From IMG/VR virus record IMGVR_UViG_3300032116_019333, positions 1 through 57,791 of that record: DNA of 57,791 nucleotides; one strand, given 5' to 3'. This document shows positions 38,014-46,881 of this stretch, one piece after another (the stretch's first letter is position 1; the number at the start of each line of letters is the position of its first letter). The DNA is from a virus (Duplodnaviria > Caudoviricetes). A program made the translations under genes and the position numbers. A model generated the notes under the pieces. That model was given only the letters and a program-made list of their open reading frames with translations. It had not been told where the DNA came from and made no database searches.

Positions 38014-39769
38014 TACGCTGGAAAACGCGCCAGCCGTCGCCGTGGACTTCGAGACGTTCTACGGCAAGGACTGCGACATCAAGTCACTTGGCCAGTGGCA
38101 CTACCTGAACGATCCAAGGTGTGAAATCTATCTGATGGGTATCGCCGGGGACGGCATCTCATGGGCCGGTAATCCGAAGGACTTCGACTGGAGCTTGCTC
38201 GATGGCAAGTTCATCGTCGCCCACAACCTTTCGTTTGACGGCCTCGTGATGGCGAAGCTCGCCCGCGACGGCGTGATCCCGAGCCATGTCCAGTTCGCCG
38301 GAGGCGGCTGCACGGCCAACCTGTCGGTGTATCTCGGGGCACCGAGAAACCTGGCCGGTGCTGCCCGCGAGTTGCTTGGCGTCGATGTCACCAAAGACCT
38401 GAGGACGTGGATGAAGGGCAAGACGTGGCAGGACGCAGTCGATGCCGGTCGCGCCTACGAGATGCGTGAATATGTCCTGCGGGACGCCCGGACATGCTTC
38501 GACCTATGGCAGAAGCACTCACACGAATGGCCGGCTCACGAGCGCGAACTCGCCCACCTTACGATGACCGCTGGGTGGAACGGATTTCGCATCGACCAGA
38601 CGATGACGGAGCAGGCTGCGGCATCGCTCGACCTCGTGATGTGGCAGGCCCGCAATGACATCCCGTGGGCCGATGGCGATACCGCCGTGCTTTCGATCAA
38701 GGCACTTGGCGAACACTGTCGCGCCAACTCCATCCCGCCACCACCCTCAACGTCCGAGGATGACCCGGCGTGCGCGGCATGGGAGGACAAATACGGCGAG
38801 CAGTTCCCTTGGGTGGCCGCAATGCGGAATTACCGGAAGGCGAACATGCTTCGCGAGAAGCTCCGCGTGATGACCGACCGGATCCGCCCGACCGATGGGT
38901 GCATGGGCTACGGCATGAAGTATTTCGGTGCGCACACTGGCCGCTGGAGCGGCGATGCCCGGTTCAATGTCCAAAATCTTCCACGCGGGGAATCCTATGG
39001 CGCAGACCTCCGTGGCTGCATCGTCCCTCGTCCCGGGAAGGAGTTCGTCATCTGTGACCTGTCGCAGATCGAGCCGCGTGTACTCGCCTGGCTGTGCGGT
39101 GACACGATGTTGTTAGAGCAACTCACCAATGGCGTTCCTCTCTACGAGGCGCACGCGCGCGCCACGATGGGATGGACGGGAGGCAACCTGAAAAAGGAAA
39201 ACCCCGAAATCTACGCACTGGCGAAAGCCCGTGTCCTCGGCCTCGGCTACGGGTGCGGACCCGCGAAGTTCATCGAGGTCGCCCGCACGATGGCTGGCAT
39301 TACGATCACTCCGCAGGTGGCGACACGCACGGTCGAAGCATTCCGCGGGTCGAACCGGAAGATCACCGCGCTGTGGAACCGGTTGCAGAATGACTTCCGC
39401 CGGTCGTCCGGCGGCGACTTCGTCGTCGAGCTGCCATCCGGACGCCGGTTGACTTATCGCGATGTGTCGTCGGCGAGTGGCTGGACGGCACGGGTCGAAC
39501 GCGGCGGTCGCCGCATACCATTCTACGGCGGAAAACTCTGCGAAAACCTCGTCCAGGCGGTAGCACGCGACGTGTTCGCCGAGTCCCTGTTGCGGCTGCG
39601 TAGGCTGGGAGTGGATGTCGTCTTTCACGTCCATGACGAGGCGGTGTGCGAGGTCGCTCCCGGCACCGACCCCCACGAGATCGAGCGGATCATGTCCATC
39701 ACCCCTGACTGGCTCACCGGCTGCCCGCTCGCCGCTGAAGCCGTCGTCACCACGCGCTACTGCAAATGA
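38003..39769 (+). CDS. polA: Family A DNA polymerase with 3'-5' exonuclease (Leu762 type)
   Basis: VDFET, AHNLSFD, HTGRWSG, DLSQIEPR (A), KARVLGLGYG (B), HVHDE (C). Confidence 0.93.
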   Translation: MATDTLENAPAVAVDFETFYGKDCDIKSLGQWHYLNDPRCEIYLMGIAGDGISWAGNPKDFDWSLLDGKFIVAHNLSFDGLVMAKLARDGVIPSHVQFAGGGCTANLSVYLGAPRNLAGAARELLGVDVTKDLRTWMKGKTWQDAVDAGRAYEMREYVLRDARTCFDLWQKHSHEWPAHERELAHLTMTAGWNGFRIDQTMTEQAAASLDLVMWQARNDIPWADGDTAVLSIKALGEHCRANSIPPPPSTSEDDPACAAWEDKYGEQFPWVAAMRNYRKANMLREKLRVMTDRIRPTDGCMGYGMKYFGAHTGRWSGDARFNVQNLPRGESYGADLRGCIVPRPGKEFVICDLSQIEPRVLAWLCGDTMLLEQLTNGVPLYEAHARATMGWTGGNLKKENPEIYALAKARVLGLGYGCGPAKFIEVARTMAGITITPQVATRTVEAFRGSNRKITALWNRLQNDFRRSSGGDFVVELPSGRRLTYRDVSSASGWTARVERGGRRIPFYGGKLCENLVQAVARDVFAESLLRLRRLGVDVVFHVHDEAVCEVAPGTDPHEIERIMSITPDWLTGCPLAAEAVVTTRYCK

Positions 39770-41940
39770 ACGCCCCTACCACAACATTCCCCAAACTTTT
39801 CTGCCTCGAAAACCTGTCCGGCCAGCGCGTGATGCTGGAGGAGCCATGGTCTCCCCATCTCAACGGTGCCCGTGCGGTGCCCTCCGGTCTCGACAAGGAG
39901 GGATTCCGCCGATGGTGCTCCGACCCGTCCACTAGCAGCTTGTTCTTCTCCGGATACGAGGCCGCGAATGCCGCGCTTCGCCTCGGAGACCAGAACCCTC
40001 CCCAGTTCATGCACGCGCTGGTGGTGGACTACGACGCGAAGGTGGCCTCAGGCGAAATCGACGCATTCCTCAAACGTGCGAACCCGGAATACCCGCCGAA
40101 CATGGTGGCCGCCTCGTTCTCTGGCAATGCCCGCGCCGTCTGGTTGTTCTCTTCTCCGCTGCCGGTGTTCGACCGGAAGTCGCAGAAGGCGATCCTCACC
40201 CGGTTCAAGAAGGAACTGAAGCTCAAGAAGCTGCTTCCCGGACTGGACGAGGAGGCGCTGGAACGACCGTCGCAATACTACCACTGCGGCGACGGGTGGC
40301 GCGTCGTCCACGATTCGTTGATGCCCGTGGACTTGCTCCAAGCATGGGCCATCCAGGCATCGAAGGCCACGGACTGGCGCACCCTCGGTGAGGTCATCCC
40401 GATTGAGCGGGTGGCCGACGAGGTTGAGAAGCGATTCCCCGGACGCTGGCCCGGGCCATTCGAGGAAGGTGCCCGTGGCCCGCGGTTCTGGGATGAAAGC
40501 GCCGACTGCCCGGGAGCAGCCATCATCCGGCCAAGCGGCATGCAATGCTTCACAGGTCCGAAACCATTCGTCACCTGGGTCGAGATCTTCGGCAAGAAGT
40601 TCACCGACGCGTTCCGCGCCTCCACCATCGGTGCCGCGATCAACGGGACGTGGTTCGACGGACGCGACTACTGGATCCAGATCGGCGGTATCTGGAGGCT
40701 ATTCAAAAAGCCCGACATCTCACTCCATCTGCGGGTTGCTCATGCAATATCCGACGAGCGCCCCGGTGGAGCCACGGCATCGCCACTCGACATCGCGCTC
40801 GAACAAATCCACCAGCAACGGTGCCTCGATGGTGCCGCGCCGTTTGTGTTTCGCCGCGACCACCTGATCCCATTCGGCGGCAAGCGGTATCTCAACATCA
40901 GCCGGTCACGTATCATCGAGCCGATGGCCGGCACGGGCGAATGGGGCGATGGCTTCCCGTGGATCGCCGACTTCCTCGCCGGGTTGTTCGATCCGGATGA
41001 GCAACTCGACTTCTTCCTGTCGTGGTTGGCCTACGCCTACCGCCACGCGCTCGCAGGCAGGCCGAAGAACGGTCAGGCGATCTTCCTCGCCGGTGACGTG
41101 AACCAGGGGAAGACGCTCGTCTCCAACGTCCTCATCGGCGGCCTGTTCGGCGGCCACATGGATGCCTCCGATTTCCTGTTAGGCGAATCCCGCTTCAACA
41201 AGGAACTCTTCGAGGTGGGCGTGTGGGCGGTGGACGACACGGTGCCGTCGTCGGACCCGAAGAAGCAGCAGCTCTACTCGGCGATGCTCAAGAAGATCCC
41301 GGCGAACTATGCGTTCCAATACCATCCGAAGTTCCGCGACCAGATCATGCTGCCGTGGGCCGGTCGCGTTGTGATCACGTGCAATGCCGACCCGGAATCG
41401 ATCCGCATCCTGCCAGACGTCGAGATGAGCATCCTCGACAAGATCTGCTTGTTCCGCATCCGCACCGCCGAACGCAACTTCACCGATGCCGCCGACCATA
41501 TCCGTGCCGAACTTCCGGCCTTCGCCCGGTGGCTCCGCGATTACGAACTTCCCGAGCATTGCCAAGGGGATGTCCGCTTCGGTGTCCGCTGCTACCACCA
41601 CGCCGCGTTGATCGAGACTGCGCGCCAGTCGGGCAACACGGCGGGCTTCATCGAGCTTCTGGAGCGGTTCCTGCGCTCGTGGTTCTCCGACCCCGGCCAG
41701 ACCGACTGGACGGGCACAGCGACCGACCTGCTCGCGGAAATGATGGCTGACGAGTCCACCAAGCACGTCGCGGCCAAATACACGCCCGACCAGATCGGAC
41801 GCCGGCTCGGGCAACTCAAGAGCCAGGGATACCCCATCGACTATGGGCGCAACAGCGAGCGCCAGCGCACGCGGACGTGGAGCATCCAACGCAATCGAAA
41901 CCAAGAAACCCTCACAGAAGATGAATCCGATCCTTTCTAA
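39766..41940 (+). CDS. Primase-helicase (AEP-like N-terminus plus SF3/DUF5906-like NTPase)
   Basis: LVVDYD, SFSGNARAVW, GDVNQGKT, WAVDD, VITCN. Confidence 0.8.
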   Translation: MNAPTTTFPKLFCLENLSGQRVMLEEPWSPHLNGARAVPSGLDKEGFRRWCSDPSTSSLFFSGYEAANAALRLGDQNPPQFMHALVVDYDAKVASGEIDAFLKRANPEYPPNMVAASFSGNARAVWLFSSPLPVFDRKSQKAILTRFKKELKLKKLLPGLDEEALERPSQYYHCGDGWRVVHDSLMPVDLLQAWAIQASKATDWRTLGEVIPIERVADEVEKRFPGRWPGPFEEGARGPRFWDESADCPGAAIIRPSGMQCFTGPKPFVTWVEIFGKKFTDAFRASTIGAAINGTWFDGRDYWIQIGGIWRLFKKPDISLHLRVAHAISDERPGGATASPLDIALEQIHQQRCLDGAAPFVFRRDHLIPFGGKRYLNISRSRIIEPMAGTGEWGDGFPWIADFLAGLFDPDEQLDFFLSWLAYAYRHALAGRPKNGQAIFLAGDVNQGKTLVSNVLIGGLFGGHMDASDFLLGESRFNKELFEVGVWAVDDTVPSSDPKKQQLYSAMLKKIPANYAFQYHPKFRDQIMLPWAGRVVITCNADPESIRILPDVEMSILDKICLFRIRTAERNFTDAADHIRAELPAFARWLRDYELPEHCQGDVRFGVRCYHHAALIETARQSGNTAGFIELLERFLRSWFSDPGQTDWTGTATDLLAEMMADESTKHVAAKYTPDQIGRRLGQLKSQGYPIDYGRNSERQRTRTWSIQRNRNQETLTEDESDPF

Positions 41941-41950
41941 CTGCTCGCGC

Positions 41951-42223
41951 GGACACGTCAACGTGTCCAAAACCGCTAGTGTCCGTGCAACGTGTCCGAA
42001 CCGTAGTCCGTTGATCCTGTTGGGTTTGCGGATTCGTCGGACACGTGGACACGTTGTGGAGCGAAAAACCATTTCATGTGTGCGTGCGTGCGCACACGCA
42101 CATGCGCGCACACGCATACATAAACACACATACTTAGTGTCCTTAGTGTCCACGTGTCCGAAACCCTTATTTTTCAAGGGGTGCAGCGTCGGACACGTTG
42201 CGGACACTATGGGCCTAGTGTCC
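41951..42223. repeat. Iteron-like array and probable replication origin
   Basis: 12 GGACAC/GTGTCC copies in nested inverted repeats around a 48-nt alternating purine-pyrimidine tract, right after the primase-helicase. Confidence 0.75.
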
Positions 42224-42249
42224 GAACATGCGAAGGAGGTCGCCCTGCC

Positions 42250-42786
42250 ATGAAGGACGATTACTCCAAACGGCAATCCGCCAAGGATGCCGATTACGAA
42301 CGCCAATACCAGACGTGGGTCGATTCCATGTCTCTCGACGAACGTCGTGAAGCGGAGAAGCTCGGTCTGCTCAAGCCCTGCGTCCAACGCTACGGCAACG
42401 GCGCTCCCGACCGCGACATGGCCGACTCGCCACTGGCCAGCCACGAGCCTGACATCGCCGCGCTGGTGGACCATGAGGCCGATCTCAAAACCCCTCAGAC
42501 CCGTGAAGTCGCAGATGTGCTTCGCCACTTCGTTGCCGACCTACTCTCCGAAGGCAACACGAGGCTGACAGTGGAGTGCCTGGCCGTGGCTCTTGGCCTC
42601 AGCGCCTACGACGGCGAGACCATGACCGACATCGCCAAACGCCACGGCATCACCCGTGCGGCAGTGTCGAAGAGGTGCGTTGACATCACCGAAAGGCTGA
42701 ATCTTCCACCTTCAAGGGCCATGCGAAGCACCCGAGCACGCAGGATATACCAGAAGGCACAACTCAAACGAAAACGCCAACCCTGA
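42250..42786 (+). CDS. Sigma region-4-like HTH protein (candidate late activator)
   Basis: ETMTDIAKRHGITRAAVSKR; AAGGAGGT Shine-Dalgarno. Confidence 0.6.
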   Translation: MKDDYSKRQSAKDADYERQYQTWVDSMSLDERREAEKLGLLKPCVQRYGNGAPDRDMADSPLASHEPDIAALVDHEADLKTPQTREVADVLRHFVADLLSEGNTRLTVECLAVALGLSAYDGETMTDIAKRHGITRAAVSKRCVDITERLNLPPSRAMRSTRARRIYQKAQLKRKRQP

Positions 42787-42788
42787 CC

Positions 42789-43394
42789 ATGAACACGCTC
42801 GCCATCAATGACCCGAAATTCACGATTACCCCCACCGGTATCGACTTCCATCACGACCTCACCTTCGAGGAGTGGGACGAACTCGGAACCAAGCTCACAC
42901 CGGTCGGCAAGTCCATCGGGTTCATCATCGGCGACTGGATCAACTACGGCCAAAAAAACTACGGCGAGAAATACGACGAGGCGGTCGCCCGCACTGGCAT
43001 GGACTACGGCTATCTCCGCAACATCGCCTACGTCGCCCGCAAAGTGGACTTGTCATGTCGCCATGACAACCTCGGCTTCGAGCACCACGCTGTCGTCGCG
43101 AAGCTCAAGACCGAGGAGGAGAAAAAGCACTGGCTCGACTTGGCCGAAGAGCACGACCTCAGCGTTCGTCGCCTGCGCAAGTCGATTAACTTCGGTCGTC
43201 TCGCCACCGATGACGAAGTCCAGGGCGATCCCGCCGACCGCGGCCATGTGACCTATCTCGCACTACTCAATCGCATTCGCCGCTGGTGGGCGCGTGAGAC
43301 TCAAAAGGCACCCGTCGATGAATGGGACGAGGACCGCCGCCAGGGACTCAAGAAAGACTTCAAGCTGATCCTCGACATTTACGAGGCGCTTTGA
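42789..43394 (+). CDS. LmbU-like DNA-binding protein
   Basis: LTFEEW...IGDWINYG...LGFEHHAVVA pattern. Confidence 0.5.
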   Translation: MNTLAINDPKFTITPTGIDFHHDLTFEEWDELGTKLTPVGKSIGFIIGDWINYGQKNYGEKYDEAVARTGMDYGYLRNIAYVARKVDLSCRHDNLGFEHHAVVAKLKTEEEKKHWLDLAEEHDLSVRRLRKSINFGRLATDDEVQGDPADRGHVTYLALLNRIRRWWARETQKAPVDEWDEDRRQGLKKDFKLILDIYEAL

Positions 43395-43426
43395 ACCCAA
43401 ACCACAACCACAAACCACCTGAGATC

Positions 43427-43618
43427 ATGTCTGACTTCTTCTCCTACCTATTCTTCACCATCGGCTTCTGCGCCACCATCTTCGGCACCGTTGCTGCCAT
43501 ATTCTGGGCGATAGATCGCTCCGACAAGGCAAAGCGGGAGCGCGATGAACGCCACCGTGAACTGGTTCGCAAACTTGGCGACATCGAGTTCCATCTGAAA
43601 CTCAAGAAGGACGCCTAA
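43427..43618 (+). CDS. Small single-TM membrane protein
   Basis: Hydrophobic N-terminus followed by a charged helix. Confidence 0.55.
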   Translation: MSDFFSYLFFTIGFCATIFGTVAAIFWAIDRSDKAKRERDERHRELVRKLGDIEFHLKLKKDA

Positions 43619-43624
43619 CTAAAA

Positions 43625-43697
43625 CGCAGGGAGGGACGGTCCCAGGCGAGACTCATACCCTTGCCATCTGCGGGTTCAATTCCCGCCCCTGCAACCA
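43625..43697 (+). tRNA. Atypical tRNA-fMet-like gene (anticodon CAT)
   Basis: CGCAGGG/CCCTGCA acceptor with C1:A72 mismatch, encoded ACCA end, T-arm GCGGG-TTCAATT-CCCGC, loop CTCATAC; D-arm reduced to GGGA-CGG-TCCC. Confidence 0.75.
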
Positions 43698-43709
43698 CAC
43701 CTTACTATC

Positions 43710-43934
43710 GTGTCTGCCACCGCCACTCCCGCCCAAAGGTTACACCGTGTCCTCGGTGAGGGGGCGCGTCTGATGGCCTTGTGCCCCGGTCAGACCAGCA
43801 TCGACATGACGCCCGACATCATGGCACTCCTCGACGGGGTGCAAATCGAGGCGCGAGGGTTTGAACCGATCAAGGAATCTATTGAACCCAAGGTAGCTGG
43901 CAGGGATGTCCCCACCCGTGTCCAATTCCCGTGA
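43710..43934 (+). CDS. Hypothetical protein
   Basis: 74-aa ORF in operon direction. Confidence 0.35.
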   Translation: MSATATPAQRLHRVLGEGARLMALCPGQTSIDMTPDIMALLDGVQIEARGFEPIKESIEPKVAGRDVPTRVQFP

Positions 43935-43997
43935 AATGTGCCATTCGCGTTTCCCACATAACCGAGGCTCAGGACGTTGACTCCGGGCGCGGGGGAA

Positions 43998-44342
43998 ATG
44001 GCTACATCCCGCTTGGAATCGAAGTTTCTGCTGCTCTGGAGAGTGGCGCAAGGCCCGCCCTTGGAGCGGGAAGTGAAGTTCCATGCTTCCCGTCGCTGGC
44101 GTGCCGATTTCGCCCACCTAGCAAGCCGCACGCTGATCGAGATCGAGGGCGGTATTTTCCTCCCCGGCGGTGGCCGGCACAGTCGCGGGGTGGGTTACGC
44201 CAAGGACGCCGAAAAATATCTCGAAGCAGTATTGGCGGGCTGGCGGGTGATCCGGCTGACTGAAAAGCAGTTGGAGATCGGGACGATTGAGAGGGTAGCC
44301 TCCTTCATTCGGCACGAAGCCGCTCCCACAACAAGCGAATGA
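43998..44342 (+). CDS. Vsr/DUF559-like endonuclease (possible resolvase)
   Basis: EREVKFHASRRWRADFA...IEIEGG...GWRVIR; GTTGACT 21 nt upstream. Confidence 0.75.
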   Translation: MATSRLESKFLLLWRVAQGPPLEREVKFHASRRWRADFAHLASRTLIEIEGGIFLPGGGRHSRGVGYAKDAEKYLEAVLAGWRVIRLTEKQLEIGTIERVASFIRHEAAPTTSE

Positions 44343-44604
44343 TTTCCGCCGAGACATCATCCTCATGAGTTGTTCCGAACCTATCTTTCCCATCCTGCAT
44401 GATTCGGGATTCGCCGTCCCAAAGGCTGAGATGATTGCGGACATACATCCCAAGCCCGAAGTGCGTGTTGATGAGATCCTGTTCGGCAAGCGCCTTGAGT
44501 TGGTCGAGAGATTCCGCAGGCAGTGTGTCTGCCAGATAGGCGACGGCTTCGTCCACCGTGCTTGGCATTTCGTCCTGTGGAGGAAAATTGATATTCTTGG
44601 CCAT
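44305..44604 (-). CDS. DUF6794-like protein
   Basis: PSTVDEAV...HFGLGMYVRN...HEDDVSAEII. Confidence 0.6.
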   Translation of the reverse strand: MAKNINFPPQDEMPSTVDEAVAYLADTLPAESLDQLKALAEQDLINTHFGLGMYVRNHLSLWDGESRIMQDGKDRFGTTHEDDVSAEIIRLLWERLRAE

Positions 44605-44616
44605 GGCAGCTATGAT
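44588..44616 (+). promoter_or_regulatory. Sigma70 promoter for a leaderless transcript
   Basis: TTGATA-N17-TATGAT, ending 7 nt before ATG 44624. Confidence 0.65.
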
Positions 44617-44623
44617 TCACTCC

Positions 44624-45223
44624 ATGCCGATGCTTCGCAATCTGATTGTCCTGATCCTCTGTGCCATTCTCCCAGCCTGCGGGGAACCCGCTTCCAACCA
44701 CGCGCGGATGATCAAGTCGTTGATCGAGCCAGCGAAACTGGCCACCCTGGGGGATCGCGGAGCCAACCCACGAACTCAGAAGATCACGGCAATTCTCTGG
44801 AAAGCCAAGCAGGCCGGGGAGGATCCGGCGAAGGTAGCCGCGCAAGCGGTCGATCTCATCGGGTGGGGCGGAACAACGAAGGGCAGCCTGACTGCGGAAG
44901 CCATTGTGCGAAACCTCACGATTGCCGAACGCCTTGGTTCCGTTACTCCTGAGGACATCGAGGCAATGTCCCGAGGTCGAGCGGCCACAGTGCGGAAAGG
45001 CCCATACGCGGGGGAGATTCTGTCCGTCGATCACATCATCCCGAGAGCGGTCGCGCCGGAACTCGATAATGTAATCGCGAATCTCGAACTCATGCCGCTG
45101 AGCGTGAATCAGCGCAAGGGGAACAAGGTGACCTCGCGCCAGGCAGACCTCGCCCGCAAGCTCAACGCGGCGAGACTGTTCTCGGAAGAAGGACTCAAGC
45201 GTGTCCTTGCCGTCCAGCAGTGA
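44624..45223 (+). CDS. Lipoprotein with HNH-like motif
   Basis: Lipobox ILPA-C; LSVDHIIP...NLELMPLSVNQRKGN. Confidence 0.65.
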   Translation: MPMLRNLIVLILCAILPACGEPASNHARMIKSLIEPAKLATLGDRGANPRTQKITAILWKAKQAGEDPAKVAAQAVDLIGWGGTTKGSLTAEAIVRNLTIAERLGSVTPEDIEAMSRGRAATVRKGPYAGEILSVDHIIPRAVAPELDNVIANLELMPLSVNQRKGNKVTSRQADLARKLNAARLFSEEGLKRVLAVQQ

Positions 45224-45230
45224 GACTGCC

Positions 45231-45509
45231 TCAGTATTCTTCCGGAAGTAGGATGCAGGTTGAAGATCGATCCGCCTCAGTGATGATGTAGATGCGGCGC
45301 CCGCTCCCGAGCTTGTAGTGGCTTAGGATGCGCAATCCATGTTCGAGAGCTTCCTCGTTCGCCAGCTTGTCGCATTCGTCGAGGTCGCCCCAGTCGCCGC
45401 AGTGGTGGCGATGCATGTAGGGCACCAGGTCGATACCGAGTGCCAGAACAGCGGGAGTGGCTACGGTCTGACCGACCGGAAAGCGGGGTTGCATGATTCG
45501 ATAGGCCAT
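45231..45509 (-). CDS. Conserved mobile-element small protein
   Basis: RHHCGDWGDL...N..AL..G.RILSHY...IITEADRSSTCILLPEEY family pattern. Confidence 0.7.
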   Translation of the reverse strand: MAYRIMQPRFPVGQTVATPAVLALGIDLVPYMHRHHCGDWGDLDECDKLANEEALEHGLRILSHYKLGSGRRIYIITEADRSSTCILLPEEY

Positions 45510-45515
45510 GGCGGT

Positions 45516-45797
45516 TCAGTCGTTGGAGGTTCCCCATTCTGGGTGGCGCTTGCCAGTGGCGATCAGGCCGGAGGCGAGCATGTCTTCGACGAGTGCCTTG
45601 GGCGGCCACTCACGATGTGGTTTGCCGGTCTGCATCTTGGACGCGCGGGCAGTCGCCCGACAGTAGGATGGCAAGTCAGCTTCCGGGTTGAAGCTATCGC
45701 CCCGGAGTTGTGTCATCAGGTCGGTGGCATCCACGGCGGAGAATGTCGCGCCGTCGATGGTGTGGTATTCGGTGTTCATGGTGGGTATTGTCTTCAT
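45516..45797 (-). CDS. Hypothetical protein
   Basis: Co-oriented with the amidoligase gene. Confidence 0.5.
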   Translation of the reverse strand: MKTIPTMNTEYHTIDGATFSAVDATDLMTQLRGDSFNPEADLPSYCRATARASKMQTGKPHREWPPKALVEDMLASGLIATGKRHPEWGTSND

Positions 45798-45806
45798 GGT
45801 TGGAGA

Positions 45807-46613
45807 TCATGCAGCCAGTTTTTTGGCACGGGCGGTGTAGAATTTAGTGAGGCCGCGGGCGTCAATGGCTTGGAAGAACCACTTCATGCGACCCATCCCG
45901 ATGCCGGTGTCTTCCGGACGGTTGCGGACGGCGGCGGCGGATTCCGCTGCGTCGAAGAGGCGAGCCATCAGGCGTACCCAGTTGGTGATCTTCTCGGGGC
46001 AGGTCGTTCCAGAGTGGTGACGGACTTCCAACGTCTGGTGGCGGAAGTAGGAATGGATGTTGAGCTTGCGATAGCGGCAGGGGTAGAGCGCCTTCATTTC
46101 CTCGATGCTGCGGCAGGCGTCGATTTTTCGAAAAAGGCGGGAGCATAGCCCTTTGTGGTCGCCTGCCCCGATGGGTTCGTATGGCAGGTTGGTTTGGCAG
46201 TAGCGGTTGGCATTGCCCCTGCGGGATGCGGGCTGGAAGGTATCGAGAACATCCTCGAATTTCAGCCACATCTTGAATAGGTTCTTTACTGCTTTCAGAG
46301 ACATCGTGCGGGCGTCGAAGTGGACGTGAAGTCCGCAGCGCTTGTCCACCTTTGCTCCTGCGGATTCGAGTGCGGCGGCGGCTATCCGGACTTCCTCAAG
46401 ACCGGCTTCACCTTCGAGGACTGGTGAGACGAGTTCCAGACCGCATGACCCGTCGCTTACGATCTTCCAGTGCGGTGTCGTGTCGTGTGTGTAGTAGGAG
46501 GATTCGACCCGGATGCCGGCGGCTCTCAGGCTCATCGCTACTTGGTCTGCGGAAATGGTGGAGAGGAATTCGATCTCAACTCCGAAGCGGCGGGACATTA
46601 CTGGTGTTGTCAT
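45807..46613 (-). CDS. Amidoligase_2 (COOH-NH2 ligase) family protein
   Basis: FGVEIE, WKIVSDGS, ELVSPVL, CGLHVH, RYRKLN, TLEVR. Confidence 0.88.
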   Translation of the reverse strand: MTTPVMSRRFGVEIEFLSTISADQVAMSLRAAGIRVESSYYTHDTTPHWKIVSDGSCGLELVSPVLEGEAGLEEVRIAAAALESAGAKVDKRCGLHVHFDARTMSLKAVKNLFKMWLKFEDVLDTFQPASRRGNANRYCQTNLPYEPIGAGDHKGLCSRLFRKIDACRSIEEMKALYPCRYRKLNIHSYFRHQTLEVRHHSGTTCPEKITNWVRLMARLFDAAESAAAVRNRPEDTGIGMGRMKWFFQAIDARGLTKFYTARAKKLAA

Positions 46614-46881
46614 AGTTATCATCTGCCAGATCAACACCACCTGTCCATGGCTTTTTGTTCATACTAACAAAAAGACGAAAAACACCAAATTGGCATGCGT
46701 CTTGAGTCTCATAATCCATGCTAATTTGCTATTTTTGTAGCACTCGGAAAGACCCGTGATTGGCACGCTTTATGAGTCTCAAAATGTGTGCCAATTCGAT
46801 GTCTTTTTCCTTTTTGTTAGGCGGGAAAGAAAGACGAAAAAAGACATGGACTCAAGTTGTCAGACTGGCAGATGAGAGACG
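46614..46881. promoter_or_regulatory. Quasi-palindromic divergent control region: two outward ATGGAC-N15-GGCAGATGA promoters and two palindromic operators
   Basis: Promoter copies 46619-48 (-) and 46846-75 (+); operators TTGGCA-N7-TGAGTCTCA-N7-TGCYAA at about 46690 and 46760. Confidence 0.75.

Noticed and set aside
41951-42223. GGACAC repeats as a CRISPR array
   Set aside because: Units are 6-16 bp, in both orientations and irregularly spaced, with no unique spacers of constant length.
41179-42528. 449-aa minus-strand ORF (and plus-strand 41843-42253) crossing the origin
   Set aside because: Overlaps primase and HTH genes. The low-complexity CVRACAHAH translation comes from the alternating tract.
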